From the sequence record MZ681930.1: a stretch of 64,000 nucleotides of DNA, one strand, 5' to 3'. How positions within the stretch are numbered: position 1 is the first letter of the stretch; every line of letters begins with the position of its first letter. The DNA comes from Enterobacteria phage phiC600P9. The notes beneath the pieces were generated by a model. It was not told the DNA's origin, made no database searches, and worked only from the letters and a program-made list of their open reading frames with translations. Both the position numbers and the translations under genes were made by a program. Below, one piece after another: positions 1 through 9,573 of this stretch.

Positions 1-9
1 TTTAAGGGT

Positions 10-618
10 TTACTTGGAAGATACATTGATGGCTTTGACATATTCTCTACATTCCTTAACAAATTTTTCTAGTAATAAATCGCTTTCAAAACTAGGATTT
101 TCCACGAATTTATCAAAAAGATCATCAACAATAGTTAAGATATTCTTTTTACTAAGAATACGTTTATTTTCATGCTTCGTTTCAGAATCAACTATAAGAG
201 TAAAGAAATATTTCTTTCCCTGAAATTTTACTGTAGTATCAATATAGAATAAATTTGACTTTTGTAAGTTACGTTTAAACCATGCGTCACTTAAACTATA
301 AACACCGAGATAATCAAAATCGTCGTTTAAATAACATACTGTCCATTCAGGAGAAATGAAATCAGTAAATTCAACATCAAAATCACACGTCAATGAATGA
401 ATTGATTCAATACTGTTAATAAGTATTCCAGGACGTATTAAAGACTTTTTACCTCTGGAAAATCTTCCAGAAAGACTTTCATTAGTTTCATATGAAGAAC
501 CCCAATAATAATTACGCCCTTCTGCCATACGTTTAAGAGCATTTAATAATTGGTCTGGAACATCAACTTGTCTTTGGAATTCTTCAAACATTGAATTGAA
601 ATCAATTTGCATTCTCAT
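10..618 (-). CDS. hypothetical protein, 202 aa, early accessory gene
   Basis: Complete ORF with ATG at 616-618; no motif recognised by eye; lies in minus-strand early block. Confidence 0.5.
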   Translation of the reverse strand: MRMQIDFNSMFEEFQRQVDVPDQLLNALKRMAEGRNYYWGSSYETNESLSGRFSRGKKSLIRPGILINSIESIHSLTCDFDVEFTDFISPEWTVCYLNDDFDYLGVYSLSDAWFKRNLQKSNLFYIDTTVKFQGKKYFFTLIVDSETKHENKRILSKKNILTIVDDLFDKFVENPSFESDLLLEKFVKECREYVKAINVSSK

Positions 619-659
619 TCTTATTTACTCCAAGTAATAGGGGCCGAAGCCCCTTATCA

Positions 660-1253
660 TTATTTCAGAGAATTAATGTATTCCTGAACATCGGCAGAGG
701 TAGTTTCAACCCCAGAAATATTACCATTAAAGGTTTCAACTCGAGCAAGAGTATCTTCAATATCAACCTTAGTCAGTGCTGCAATTTCAACTACATCATC
801 GGCAGTACTAATTCCAAGTGCATTCGCTGCACGAGTTTCACGGATATATTCCAATTTAACTGCAAGTTCTTGGCGAGCATCATCCAATTCAACTACTTTC
901 TTGGCGATTTCAATTCGCATTTCAGCATACCCATCAGCTTTAGTAGTTAACTGTTCAGCTGTTCGACGATATAGCAAGCCGAGTTTAGCATGCATTGTTA
1001 CATCTTGACCTTCGGAAAGAAGCTTGCGAATTTCACGCTCTTTTGATTCAGCCTGTTTATTCTTTTCAATAACAAGTTCACGAATACGTTTTTCTTCATT
1101 AATAGATTTAACAGAAGCAGTTTTTAGATCTTTAATTTTATCAAGTAGTTTTGCTGCTGCAGCAGTATACTGTTCTTCAACAGATAGATTTTTAGCCATA
1201 GCAGAACCAAGTTTAGTGCGAATAAACTCAACAATTTTCTTCAGTGTGTTCAT
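660..1253 (-). CDS. hypothetical coiled-coil protein, 197 aa (weak PspA/IM30-like character)
   Basis: ATG with SD AAGGAAA upstream; sequence is Ala/Glu/Lys/Arg/Leu-rich and predicted helical throughout; family assignment is a guess. Confidence 0.5.
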   Translation of the reverse strand: MNTLKKIVEFIRTKLGSAMAKNLSVEEQYTAAAAKLLDKIKDLKTASVKSINEEKRIRELVIEKNKQAESKEREIRKLLSEGQDVTMHAKLGLLYRRTAEQLTTKADGYAEMRIEIAKKVVELDDARQELAVKLEYIRETRAANALGISTADDVVEIAALTKVDIEDTLARVETFNGNISGVETTSADVQEYINSLK

Positions 1254-1309
1254 AGTATTTCCTTAGGTTGGTATAATTAGATAATATCACGTTTTAATAG
1301 ATGGTAAAC

Positions 1310-1645
1310 TTATTCTTCGTCTAGCTCGTCGATAAAGACGTTGATGGCCTCGATAACGGCATCATTGATAGCTAATAAAATAAAATCATCGTCAGTACCT
1401 TTAGAAGATTCTAAAGCATTGATATATGCTTGGTTGGCGAGTTCCCAAGCCTTTTTAAAATAAGGAGCTTCATCATCAGGACAAATATCCCGCACGCCTT
1501 CAAAGATACGTTTGGCATAATCTAACACCCATTGTACAGGCATGTTTTGAGAACGTTCGTTAAACTCTTTAAAGTCCTTAGATTCAAAAAGCTCTTCAGG
1601 ATAATTATTTCTATTACAAAAAGCTTTACTAAAGTTACGTTTCAT
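1310..1645 (-). CDS. hypothetical protein, 111 aa, acidic C-terminus
   Basis: ATG with SD GAGGAAA upstream; no recognisable motif. Confidence 0.45.
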   Translation of the reverse strand: MKRNFSKAFCNRNNYPEELFESKDFKEFNERSQNMPVQWVLDYAKRIFEGVRDICPDDEAPYFKKAWELANQAYINALESSKGTDDDFILLAINDAVIEAINVFIDELDEE

Positions 1646-1701
1646 AATGTTTTCCTCATTTGTATAGGCTCATAATATCTCAATCATGAGCCTATGTAAA
1701 C

Positions 1702-1965
1702 TTATTTCATATTATTGAAATATTCTTCTGCGATTTCGTCGTTATCATGGTAAACTTTAGAAGACAGTTTAACATAACTTTCAGCAGTGAACATGTTAAT
1801 CACAACCTTTACAGTATACCACTGACCATCTTCATTACCCATTACTGCGTAAGTTTCAAACATCGGATGATCAGGACCGATAACTTTAATATCATTCACT
1901 GTACGACCAAAATCTTCTGAAACACATTTCATAAAGAAGTTGAACAGTTCACCGTAATTATCCAT
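1702..1965 (-). CDS. hypothetical protein, about 87 aa
   Basis: ORF-track start at 1977 is TTG; in-frame ATG at 1963-1965 has SD GGAGAA 5 nt upstream. Confidence 0.4.
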   Translation of the reverse strand: MDNYGELFNFFMKCVSEDFGRTVNDIKVIGPDHPMFETYAVMGNEDGQWYTVKVVINMFTAESYVKLSSKVYHDNDEIAEEYFNNMK

Positions 1966-2138
1966 TTCATTCTCCAAGTTGTTTTCTGTATCAGTAGTTG
2001 ATAGTTGTATAGTACCATGGAAGAACAGGGAAGTTTTAGGGAATTCTAGGGCAGGGAGGGGAAATCAAAGGATAGGATAATATATTATAAAGGGTAGAAA
2101 CTAAATGATGTCTAGAGAGGCCTGGAAAGGCCTAGATA

Positions 2139-2166
2139 CCAAAAAGCCCCAACCTTTCGGCTAGGG
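2139..2166 (-). terminator. intrinsic terminator hairpin (minus strand), copy 1
   Basis: Minus-strand RNA AGCCCUAGCCGAAAGGUUGGGGCU followed by UUUUU; near-identical to the copy at 2696-2726. Confidence 0.6.
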
Positions 2167-2175
2167 CTAAGAATG

Positions 2176-2649
2176 TTATTTGATTTGTTTAGCAGACCAA
2201 ATGCGGTCTTTAATAATTTTTTGGATGTCTTCAACATATTCAAGAGAGTGAACATGTGGGTTATCTTTGAAACTATAAGCACGAGCTAGCTTTTGGCCTT
2301 CAGTTTTGATTACTAAAAGCTCTTTAAGGATAGCTTCATATCTGGAGATAATTCCTTTAACGATATTTTTCTCTTGTGTGACTTTAGGATCTGCTTTAGG
2401 AGCAGGTTTACCCGAAGCCTTTGCAAAAGCAGCGCCAGTAGCAACTAAACTTTTCCAGGCCATACTAACTGCATTCCCTGTAAATCCTTCGGCTTTCATA
2501 TCACGAGCAAATTGGAATCGTGATTCATCGGAAGCATCTTTATAGGAATATTTACCCGCGGCAATGGCTGCTTTTGCGACAGCTTGAATTTCGGTGCTAG
2601 ATGCTTCATTTAACACCGCTTCATTTAAAAATTGAGCATATGATTTCAT
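2176..2649 (-). CDS. internal-protein-like protein with N-terminal capsid targeting sequence, 157 aa
   Basis: N-terminus MKSYAQFLNEAVLNEA resembles the T4 internal-protein CTS (MKTYQEF...) with L-x-E cleavage motifs for prohead protease gp21; SD AGGAAA upstream. Confidence 0.5.
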   Translation of the reverse strand: MKSYAQFLNEAVLNEASSTEIQAVAKAAIAAGKYSYKDASDESRFQFARDMKAEGFTGNAVSMAWKSLVATGAAFAKASGKPAPKADPKVTQEKNIVKGIISRYEAILKELLVIKTEGQKLARAYSFKDNPHVHSLEYVEDIQKIIKDRIWSAKQIK

Positions 2650-2695
2650 CTTATTTCCTGTTTTAATTCGTGGTTTTAATATACTTATTTATACC

Positions 2696-2726
2696 AAAAA
2701 GCCCCAACCTTTCGGCTGGGGCTAAG
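2696..2726 (-). terminator. intrinsic terminator hairpin (minus strand), copy 2
   Basis: Minus-strand RNA AGCCCCAGCCGAAAGGUUGGGGCU followed by UUUUUGG; perfect 7-bp stem. Confidence 0.65.
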
Positions 2727-3034
2727 CCTTGCGGCAACCTTGTCGGGGTTCCACCTGCTAAGGCAAGTGTTTGTACGAAACGCCGGGACTTGAACCCGGT
2801 TATTAAGTAGTTGACGCTACTCAATATTTTTAAAAGGCCATATCTCGACCATATCCGAACGTTCCGTCAAAAACGCTACTCGGCTTACGGCAAAGATATT
2901 TCCTCGAATCGATAATTCGGTGCGCCGTTTCTGCTGTGATGTAAGGGGATATTAACAAATCGTAAAGATTTATTAAGACCAGTCCTTACTCAGGGAACAT
3001 CAGTCCGACGACTTACCGGTAGCGACCCGGTTTC
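2727..3034 (-). ncRNA. possible small stable RNA(s) downstream of the tRNA cluster (T4 species 1/2, RNA C/D analogue)
   Basis: About 300 nt with no ORF between gene 3035-3385 and the terminator; contains a tRNA T-arm-like element (CCGGGTTCAAGTCCCGG on minus strand, + coords 2783-2799) but no full cloverleaf; positional analogy only. Confidence 0.25.
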
Positions 3035-3385
3035 TTAATATTCTTTTAAAGCATCAATCTGTTCACGGCGTTTACGCCATAAATCAATTGCTTCATACGC
3101 GGATTCAGCATTTCGAATTGGTCGGCATTTATGTAAAGACTTGTGATTTTGATATTTTGTAGATAATGGAATTTTATCTAAAAGGTCTTTACGTTCAAAG
3201 TATTCGTAACCATCTAAACCAAATGAACGATTTTTGAGAAATTGCCAATGACCGTATTCGTTTTGGATGTAAATATAATCCGCGTGTTGATAAAGCAAAT
3301 TAGTTTCACGAGATGAGATATGGTTTTCATATTCATTGAAGTAAAATGTTAAATCATGAACTACTAAATAAACATTACCTTTCAT
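3035..3385 (-). CDS. hypothetical protein, 116 aa
   Basis: ATG at 3383-3385 with SD GAGGA upstream; no motif recognised. Confidence 0.45.
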   Translation of the reverse strand: MKGNVYLVVHDLTFYFNEYENHISSRETNLLYQHADYIYIQNEYGHWQFLKNRSFGLDGYEYFERKDLLDKIPLSTKYQNHKSLHKCRPIRNAESAYEAIDLWRKRREQIDALKEY

Positions 3386-3403
3386 ATTTTCCTCACTTAT
3401 AAT

Positions 3404-3479
3404 TGGTCGAGGCAGTAGGGATCGAACCTACGACCCAGGACTTAGAAGGTCCTTGCTCTTCCTTCTGAGCTATGCCTCG
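3404..3479 (-). tRNA. tRNA-Arg (anticodon TCT), CCA encoded
   Basis: Hand-folded cloverleaf on minus strand: 7-bp acceptor stem, anticodon loop CTTCTAA, T-arm GTAGG-TTCGATC-CCTAC. Confidence 0.8.
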
Positions 3480-3483
3480 TATT

Positions 3484-3558
3484 TGGCGGACGTGATAGGA
3501 TTCGAACCTATAACCAATCGCTTAACAGGCGATCGCTCTGCCATTGAGCTACACATCC
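3484..3558 (-). tRNA. tRNA-Asn (anticodon GTT), CCA encoded
   Basis: Hand-folded: acceptor GGATGTG/CACGTCC, anticodon stem ATCGC/GCGAT with loop CTGTTAA, T-loop TTCGAAT. Confidence 0.75.
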
Positions 3559-3562
3559 AAAT

Positions 3563-3649
3563 TGGTGGGGAGTGATGGAGTCGAACCACCCGAGTCGCAA
3601 TGACAATGGATTTACAGTCCACACCGCTACCTCTACGGGATAACTCCCC
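3563..3649 (-). tRNA. tRNA-Tyr (anticodon GTA), type II with long variable arm, CCA encoded
   Basis: Hand-folded: acceptor GGGGAGT/ACTCCCC, anticodon loop CTGTAAA, 87 nt. Confidence 0.7.
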
Positions 3650-3658
3650 AAATTAATT

Positions 3659-3733
3659 TGGTGGCCCTGGGTGGAATTGAACCACCATCTGGCGATTATG
3701 AGTCGCTTGCTTGAACCTTCCAGCTACAGGGCC
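3659..3733 (-). tRNA. tRNA with CAT anticodon (Met, or Ile2 if lysidine-modified like T4 tRNA-Ile)
   Basis: Hand-folded: acceptor GGCCCTG/CAGGGCC, anticodon loop CTCATAA, T-arm GGTGG-TTCAATT-CCACC. Confidence 0.75.
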
Positions 3734-3734
3734 T

Positions 3735-3810
3735 TGGTGCTGATTGACGGAATCGAACCGCCGACCTTCTCATTACAAGTGAGTTGCTCTACCTACTGAG
3801 CTAAATCAGC
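3735..3810 (-). tRNA. tRNA-Thr (anticodon TGT), CCA encoded
   Basis: Hand-folded: acceptor GCTGATT/AATCAGC, D-arm GCTC-AGTAGGTA-GAGC, anticodon loop CTTGTAA. Confidence 0.8.
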
Positions 3811-3815
3811 AAAAC

Positions 3816-3905
3816 TGGCGGAGGCGATAGGATTTGAACCTATGAGTCGCCGGAGCGACTGCCGGTTTTCAAGACCGGTGCATTAAACCACTCTGCCACG
3901 CCTCC
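3816..3905 (-). tRNA. tRNA-Ser (anticodon TGA), type II, CCA encoded
   Basis: Hand-folded: acceptor GGAGGCG/CGCCTCC, anticodon stem CCGGT/ACCGG with loop CTTGAAA, long variable arm. Confidence 0.8.
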
Positions 3906-3911
3906 AAATAT

Positions 3912-4520
3912 TTATATATTGCTAATTTGATTTAGAATTCTTTTTGCTTGAGTATGACTTACGCCAATATGCTTAGCATATTTAGATAATTCACCACGCT
4001 TAGAAAAATCATATAATTTAGAAATTTCTATTCTTCTTTTTCTTTCATCCGCAGAAACTTTTGCTTCGTTTGCTTTTGCTATTTTACGTTTAGCTTCTTG
4101 AGAATGATTTTTACCAGCAAAGCCATTCTTCATTAATCCATTTGAAGACCATCCTTTTAATTTTCCGTTAGAATGTGCCTTTTTAACACCCAATGAAATT
4201 AATTCGCGTTGCTGATCTGTCATAGGATAATTATTTATATGGTCCCATCCACCTTCTCCGCCAAGTTTTAAATTATACACATCTGGTCTATTTAAAAACT
4301 CTTCTGTGACAATATTTTTCTCGGCTTCAAGCATAGATTCTTTATCATCAAAATACTCTAATATTTCTTTAGAGAAATTTTCTATACCATACTTGTCTTG
4401 GGCTCTTTTTAATAATTTACCAGAACCCATATATCCATCATCTAAATTTTCGGTAGAATGCACACCAATATAAATTTTATTATTAATTTTATTTGTTATT
4501 TTATAAAGATAAAAATGCAT
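3912..4520 (-). CDS. segB: SegB-like GIY-YIG homing endonuclease inside the tRNA cluster
   Basis: GIY-YIG motifs (YLYKITN...KIYIGVHS...DGYMGSGK); position between tRNA sub-clusters as in T4. ORF track extends to 4562, but the ATG at 4518-4520 puts the GIY motif at residues 4-6 as in other Seg proteins. Confidence 0.7.
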   Translation of the reverse strand: MHFYLYKITNKINNKIYIGVHSTENLDDGYMGSGKLLKRAQDKYGIENFSKEILEYFDDKESMLEAEKNIVTEEFLNRPDVYNLKLGGEGGWDHINNYPMTDQQRELISLGVKKAHSNGKLKGWSSNGLMKNGFAGKNHSQEAKRKIAKANEAKVSADERKRRIEISKLYDFSKRGELSKYAKHIGVSHTQAKRILNQISNI

Positions 4521-4566
4521 ATCAGTCCCTAATAAAGAACTGAGCGTCTCACGACGAGTCATAAAT

Positions 4567-4640
<74 letters not shown>

Positions 4641-4645
4641 AAATT

Positions 4646-4732
4646 TGGTGCGAGAAGTGGGACTCGAACCCACAAGGAAATCATTCCGCAGCATTTTAAG
4701 TGCTGTGCCTTTACCAATTTGACCATTCTCGC
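4646..4732 (-). tRNA. tRNA-Leu (anticodon TAA), type II, CCA encoded
   Basis: Hand-folded: acceptor GCGAGAA/TTCTCGC, anticodon stem CAGCA/TGCTG with loop CTTAAAA, long variable arm. Confidence 0.8.
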
Positions 4733-4733
4733 G

Positions 4734-4806
4734 CTGGGAATAAAGGACTCGAACCTTTGCATCCTGGAATCAAAATCCAGTGCCTTACCAACTTGGCTAA
4801 TTCCCA
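4734..4806 (-). tRNA. tRNA-Gln (anticodon TTG), U1-A72 start, CCA not encoded
   Basis: Hand-folded: acceptor TGGGAAT/ATTCCCA, anticodon stem CTGGA/TCCAG with loop TTTTGAT; the U1:A72 start is a feature I recall for T4 tRNA-Gln. Confidence 0.75.
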
Positions 4807-4903
4807 ATTATTAACAAAGGCTCTCAAGCAAGAACCCTTGATGATAGAGGGTATTAATCAGTGCGATATGAGTTAATAATAACAAATAATTCTTAAAGCA
4901 TAT

Positions 4904-5191
4904 TTACCATTTATGATAATACATATTTACGATGCATTCAAGACCCAAAGGATTCTTGAAAATATCATATTCAAGAGGACCTTTTTCTGTTTCAATAAAG
5001 AAATCAAAATTTACTGTATTAAATTTACGGTCTTCCTTTACTAATTTAACCTGCGAAGATGAACGATCAATGTAAACCTTTTCAACTTCAAAACATGTTA
5101 AAATGCCATAATCATCAATCAAGGCTTTAGCCGCATCTTGATCATATTTATATCCATTTTCAACGGACGATACTTTCGCATAAAGAATCAT
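4904..5191 (-). CDS. hypothetical protein, 95 aa, hypervariable ipI-locus gene
   Basis: Complete ORF with ATG; no motif recognised. Confidence 0.45.
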   Translation of the reverse strand: MILYAKVSSVENGYKYDQDAAKALIDDYGILTCFEVEKVYIDRSSSQVKLVKEDRKFNTVNFDFFIETEKGPLEYDIFKNPLGLECIVNMYYHKW

Positions 5192-5193
5192 TA

Positions 5194-5574
5194 TCAGCCT
5201 TCATCAACAATAGTATGCGTATTGGCATTTACGATTTGCCACCAATCAAAGCGATTAGAACCATAATCTGGTTTGTTTTCATTTTCTTTGATAATGTCAC
5301 GAAGTTCATCTTCAGTAGCGGCTTTCGCGATTAAATCAGCATATCCACCACGAGGATAATAATTATCACCTGCAAAAAGTAAAAAGTTTGGTTTAATGTT
5401 ATTGAACTCTTCAAGAGTAATAACTTTTCCTGACGGTTGAACAATCTCTACATATTTATACCCCAATTTTTGAGCAGCATCTACTGCTCCAAGCAAAGTA
5501 TCATGAGCCCATCCAATTTGACAACCTGGCTTTTCAGATGGATTAGCCTGATAATCCGCATACACTTTGTACAT
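5194..5574 (-). CDS. hypothetical protein, about 126 aa, hypervariable ipI-locus gene
   Basis: ORF-track start at 5583 is GTG; ATG at 5572-5574 has SD AAGGTGA upstream; no motif recognised. Confidence 0.45.
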   Translation of the reverse strand: MYKVYADYQANPSEKPGCQIGWAHDTLLGAVDAAQKLGYKYVEIVQPSGKVITLEEFNNIKPNFLLFAGDNYYPRGGYADLIAKAATEDELRDIIKENENKPDYGSNRFDWWQIVNANTHTIVDEG

Positions 5575-5575
5575 T

Positions 5576-5761
5576 CTATTCACCTTTAGAAATTTTATCC
5601 ATAACGATAGCGATTAAACCAATTAAAAATGCTACTACAAGTGAAAACACATTTTCTGCTGTAGTTAATAATCCGCATATAAATCCAACAAACATTGAAA
5701 AACTAAAAGCGGAAGCAGAAATTGCAATAGCAACATTTCGAATTAATTCACAACGTTTCAT
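5576..5761 (-). CDS. small membrane protein, about 61 aa, one transmembrane helix
   Basis: ATG at 5759-5761 preceded by SD GAGGAGA; hydrophobic stretch AIAISASAFSFSMFVGFICGLL. The longer ORF-track start (5821) would overlap the promoter at 5790-5819. Confidence 0.45.
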   Translation of the reverse strand: MKRCELIRNVAIAISASAFSFSMFVGFICGLLTTAENVFSLVVAFLIGLIAIVMDKISKGE

Positions 5762-5789
5762 TTTATTCTCCTCTGTAGTTGATAGGGTA

Positions 5790-5819
5790 ATAGTATCACT
5801 ACTAAAACCCCGTGTAAAC
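5790..5819 (-). promoter_or_regulatory. T4 early-type sigma70 promoter (minus strand), cassette copy A
   Basis: Minus strand: -35 GTTTAC (+ coords 5814-5819), 18-nt spacer, -10 TACTAT (5790-5795) with TG extension; A/T-rich UP-like region upstream. Confidence 0.5.
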
Positions 5820-5831
5820 AACTTTGTGAAA

Positions 5832-6089
5832 TTATTTTAAATCTTCTAATCGTTTCTTCATCTTAGAACCGTTCTTAGCGATTTCGCCTGCATCAGAGCA
5901 TAATGCTAAAAGCGCTTTAACTTTAGTTTGGTCTCCTTTAAAAGATGAAGGATCGACTGCAGCAGCAAGTTCTTTAATACGAGAGAAAAGACGCTCAGCT
6001 TCAGCTAAAGCCATTCCAAGCTTTACTTCCATACCATGAGAAGATTCAGTAATAGTAGTTTTTGTAGCAAACTCTTTGAAAGTTTTCAT
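5832..6089 (-). CDS. internal protein (ipI-locus type) with capsid targeting sequence, 85 aa
   Basis: N-terminus MKTFKEFATKTTITE-SSHG matches the T4 internal-protein CTS pattern with an I-x-E gp21 cleavage motif; position immediately before 57B corresponds to the T4 ipI locus. Confidence 0.6.
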   Translation of the reverse strand: MKTFKEFATKTTITESSHGMEVKLGMALAEAERLFSRIKELAAAVDPSSFKGDQTKVKALLALCSDAGEIAKNGSKMKKRLEDLK

Positions 6090-6119
6090 TTTATTTTCCT
6101 AATTAATTTTGATGAGGTA

Positions 6120-6149
6120 ATAGTATCACTACCTCATCAGTATGTAAAC
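6120..6149 (-). promoter_or_regulatory. T4 early-type sigma70 promoter (minus strand), cassette copy B
   Basis: Minus strand: -35 GTTTAC (6144-6149), 18-nt spacer, -10 TACTAT (6120-6125); overlaps inverted repeat GATGAGGTA...TACCTCATC (6111-6138). Confidence 0.5.
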
Positions 6150-6161
6150 AACTTTATGAAA

Positions 6162-6858
<697 letters not shown>

Positions 6859-6859
<1 letters not shown>

Positions 6860-7584
6860 TATAGTACCTTTAGTGTATTTTTAATTTTAGAAAAAAGTTC
6901 TTCAAGAGAACCATCGTTTGTAATTACTAAATCGCCATCACGAATTGGCAATCCAGCTTCTGTAATATGAGTATCATTGGATTTTTGACCAGGACGAACT
7001 ACATGAATTACTGTAGCACCCATCGCCCTAGCCGCATCCATTTCATGATCTTGACGAGTATCAGGAACGATATAATAATCATAACCTGAGTTAAATTTAT
7101 CAAGATAATCTAAAGCAAATAATTTTACCCAATACATGCGGTCGAAGTTATTAACAATCAAATCCGTACCTAGGGCTTGCATCAGACGACGGACTGACCA
7201 TTGATCTTCAATATTATTTATAACGTCAATAATCTTATTAAATGCTACGGAATTAACTGATTCTTGTCCTTCGTCATCAAAAACACACACACCTTTAATT
7301 GGGCTTTTACCGTTAAGATAGCAAAATGCTTGTTCCATAATCGTGATTACTTCTGATTTAGTCAGATTTAAATCAGTCTCACGATCATAGTCAATTCCTT
7401 CAAACTCCTTACGAGTTAAGCAAGGATAGTCAGTGTTTGCTGCGAATACGCCCCATGCATAAGCCAATGCATCTTTAATAGGACCAGCAAGTTGATATTT
7501 AACTGCAGAATAATTATTCATGATAAAATCTGCAGTAGTATCTTTTCCACTACGCTTTACACCACTTAAAAAGATTAGTTTCAT
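6859..7584 (-). CDS. 1: deoxynucleoside monophosphate kinase (gp1)
   Basis: 241 aa with P-loop GVKRSGKDT near the N-terminus; size and position as T4 gp1. Confidence 0.85.
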
Positions 7585-7633
7585 ATGTTTCTCCTCAAAT
7601 TTAGTTAAGATTATAACACATGAAACTGAAGCA

Positions 7634-8164
7634 TTAAACTTCTGCTATAATTTTACCATCTTTTTCTACTTGAAAATACGTATAAGGAATCGTTGCTGTA
7701 CATACTAAAGCTGGGTCTGAATCTTCCGTGTAGCTAAATTCTACTTCAGACAGGTCAGAAACCCAAGGCTTATAAAAATTTATTGACATCACGATTTCAG
7801 TTTTACTGTTGTCTAAAATGTAAAGCGTAATGTATTCAGGACCTGTTTTTTGGGCAGTATTTTCGCCTGTAAGATAGTTACTAGTTCCTAGCATCCATTC
7901 ATACATTCCTATCCACGACTTAAGCTCTTCATCAACTATAAATCTCACGATGAGTGGATCGTACTCAAATGTAACTCCTGGACGCTGTGCTCGGCCTAGT
8001 CCAAACGGCCCAGTCACGGTATCAGTAACAGGTATCCTAATTCCCGGAATAGGAACTGACTGAGCATTTAAAGTAAAAGCAGATGTAGTATTACTATGCG
8101 GTATTGATACTACAAAGTTAGTTGTATTTGCTTGGTTAAAAATTTGTTGTAGTGCTTGCGACAT
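7634..8164 (-). CDS. 3: tail tube terminator / tail completion protein (gp3)
   Basis: In-frame Met MSQALQQIFNQ... gives 176 aa as in T4 gp3, with SD GAGGA upstream; the ORF-track 203-aa extension is probably not translated. Confidence 0.8.
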   Translation of the reverse strand: MSQALQQIFNQANTTNFVVSIPHSNTTSAFTLNAQSVPIPGIRIPVTDTVTGPFGLGRAQRPGVTFEYDPLIVRFIVDEELKSWIGMYEWMLGTSNYLTGENTAQKTGPEYITLYILDNSKTEIVMSINFYKPWVSDLSEVEFSYTEDSDPALVCTATIPYTYFQVEKDGKIIAEV

Positions 8165-8270
8165 ATATTCCTCATAATGCTTTATAAATGTTGGTGGTAT
8201 AATGGGTCTAAGTCCCTTCCATTCAATTCCAATTAGAACAAACAATAGAAAAGAATGGAAGATAATAGAA

Positions 8271-9095
8271 TTAGATATTTGACCAGACTTTGTTTGCAGA
8301 GAAACGTTTTCCTTTTGAAACGAACTGCTGAAGTGGCATTAACACAACGTTCGCCCAGTCTTTCGGGGCGATTTCAACAAGGCTACCCATAATATTACCA
8401 GGTATATATGCCTTAATCATTTGATCTGCACCCCTAAATCCTTTCACTTGACTCCAATCAATTTTTAATTTCGTTTTATTAGTAATAGTAGGTGTATTTG
8501 AATATTGCTTTAAAAGCTCTTCTAGGAATTGCTGACGAGCTTTAGGTGGAATATAGTGCAAGTTTAATCCGTACATTAAATTATGCTTACCTAAACCAAG
8601 GTAAATTATCAAAGGAAATTTATCCCAGTAAGGAAGAGTTTCCTTGTGTTTAGCATCATAAGCAAAAGCATATATTCGTCCCGGCTGCGGGCGAACAACT
8701 TTATGTCCTTTTACTTGCTTAATAGTTTCAGCAAACCATTTTCTAGTTTTATTATTAATTGCTGCGCCTTCATTACGAATTTTATCACGCAATGTTTGTC
8801 TGAATGAATTTATCATAAGCAGTTGTCTTTCTTGCTTATTGAGTTTATTCATTGGTTTTGATTCAAGCTTTTGAATCTTTTCAGCTGTTTTAATTCCTGA
8901 AGCATATTTTGACATTGCTGAAGTAAACGTAGAGTATTTAATTCCTCTTTCTTCAGCAAATTGCTTTCCTGTCATTCCTTTTGCTTTGGCCTTTTTATAT
9001 TCAAGACCTATCTGAATCCATTTCTTTTCGTTTAATGATTGCTTAACCTTTGGAACTTGGGGAGTGCTTTCATTAATTATTTGAAAAATAGCCAT
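8271..9095 (-). CDS. 2: DNA end protector protein (gp2)
   Basis: 274 aa; basic N-terminal region; size and position as T4 gp2. Confidence 0.8.
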   Translation of the reverse strand: MAIFQIINESTPQVPKVKQSLNEKKWIQIGLEYKKAKAKGMTGKQFAEERGIKYSTFTSAMSKYASGIKTAEKIQKLESKPMNKLNKQERQLLMINSFRQTLRDKIRNEGAAINNKTRKWFAETIKQVKGHKVVRPQPGRIYAFAYDAKHKETLPYWDKFPLIIYLGLGKHNLMYGLNLHYIPPKARQQFLEELLKQYSNTPTITNKTKLKIDWSQVKGFRGADQMIKAYIPGNIMGSLVEIAPKDWANVVLMPLQQFVSKGKRFSANKVWSNI

Positions 9096-9547
9096 TATGC
9101 CCCCTTAAAGCCAAGAGCTCGTAATCCATCTTCTGTTAGAATTCTAAATTTTATTCCACGCTTTTCAGCTAAAGATTGTGCTGCTTTCCATTTATCAGTG
9201 TTCACAGACCAGGTATAAATTTCATTCATAAATCTTTTCTTCGCTGCGGTCGTTAGATGTGCTGGTTTAACTGGTGGTTGTGTTTCTTTTTTAGGTTTTA
9301 TTTCAATAAAAAATTCTTGTCCAGAAGAATCTTTCATCCAAATATCCATGAAGTATCTACGTTTTTTCCCTTCTGCATTACAAAAATAAGGAATTACTGC
9401 TGTTTCACTACCCCATGCAATAATTTCTGGATTTTTATCTAACCATTCAAAAAAGAATTTTTCCCAATTTGATCTATACGTAATTTTTTTAGGGTCACCT
9501 CTATACTTTGATATATTTTTAGGAACCCATTTTCCAGAATATGCCAT
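9095..9547 (-). CDS. 4: head completion protein (gp4)
   Basis: 150 aa; size and position as T4 gp4; overlaps gp2 start (ATGA-type junction). Confidence 0.8.
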   Translation of the reverse strand: MAYSGKWVPKNISKYRGDPKKITYRSNWEKFFFEWLDKNPEIIAWGSETAVIPYFCNAEGKKRRYFMDIWMKDSSGQEFFIEIKPKKETQPPVKPAHLTTAAKKRFMNEIYTWSVNTDKWKAAQSLAEKRGIKFRILTEDGLRALGFKGA

Positions 9548-9558
9548 TGGATTCTCCT

Positions 9559-9566
9559 TATAAATA
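9559..9566 (+). promoter_or_regulatory. T4 late promoter TATAAATA for gene 53
   Basis: Exact TATAAATA about 30 nt upstream of the gene 53 ATG. Confidence 0.7.
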
Positions 9567-9573
9567 GATAATA

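Noticed and set aside
7634-8245. Longer ORF-track extents for gp3 (203 aa), gp11 (225 aa), gp20 (528 aa), uvsW.1 and the 30.3-like gene
   Set aside because: The extensions begin at TTG/GTG or lack an SD; in-frame ATGs with SD sequences reproduce the lengths and N-termini recalled for the T4 proteins.
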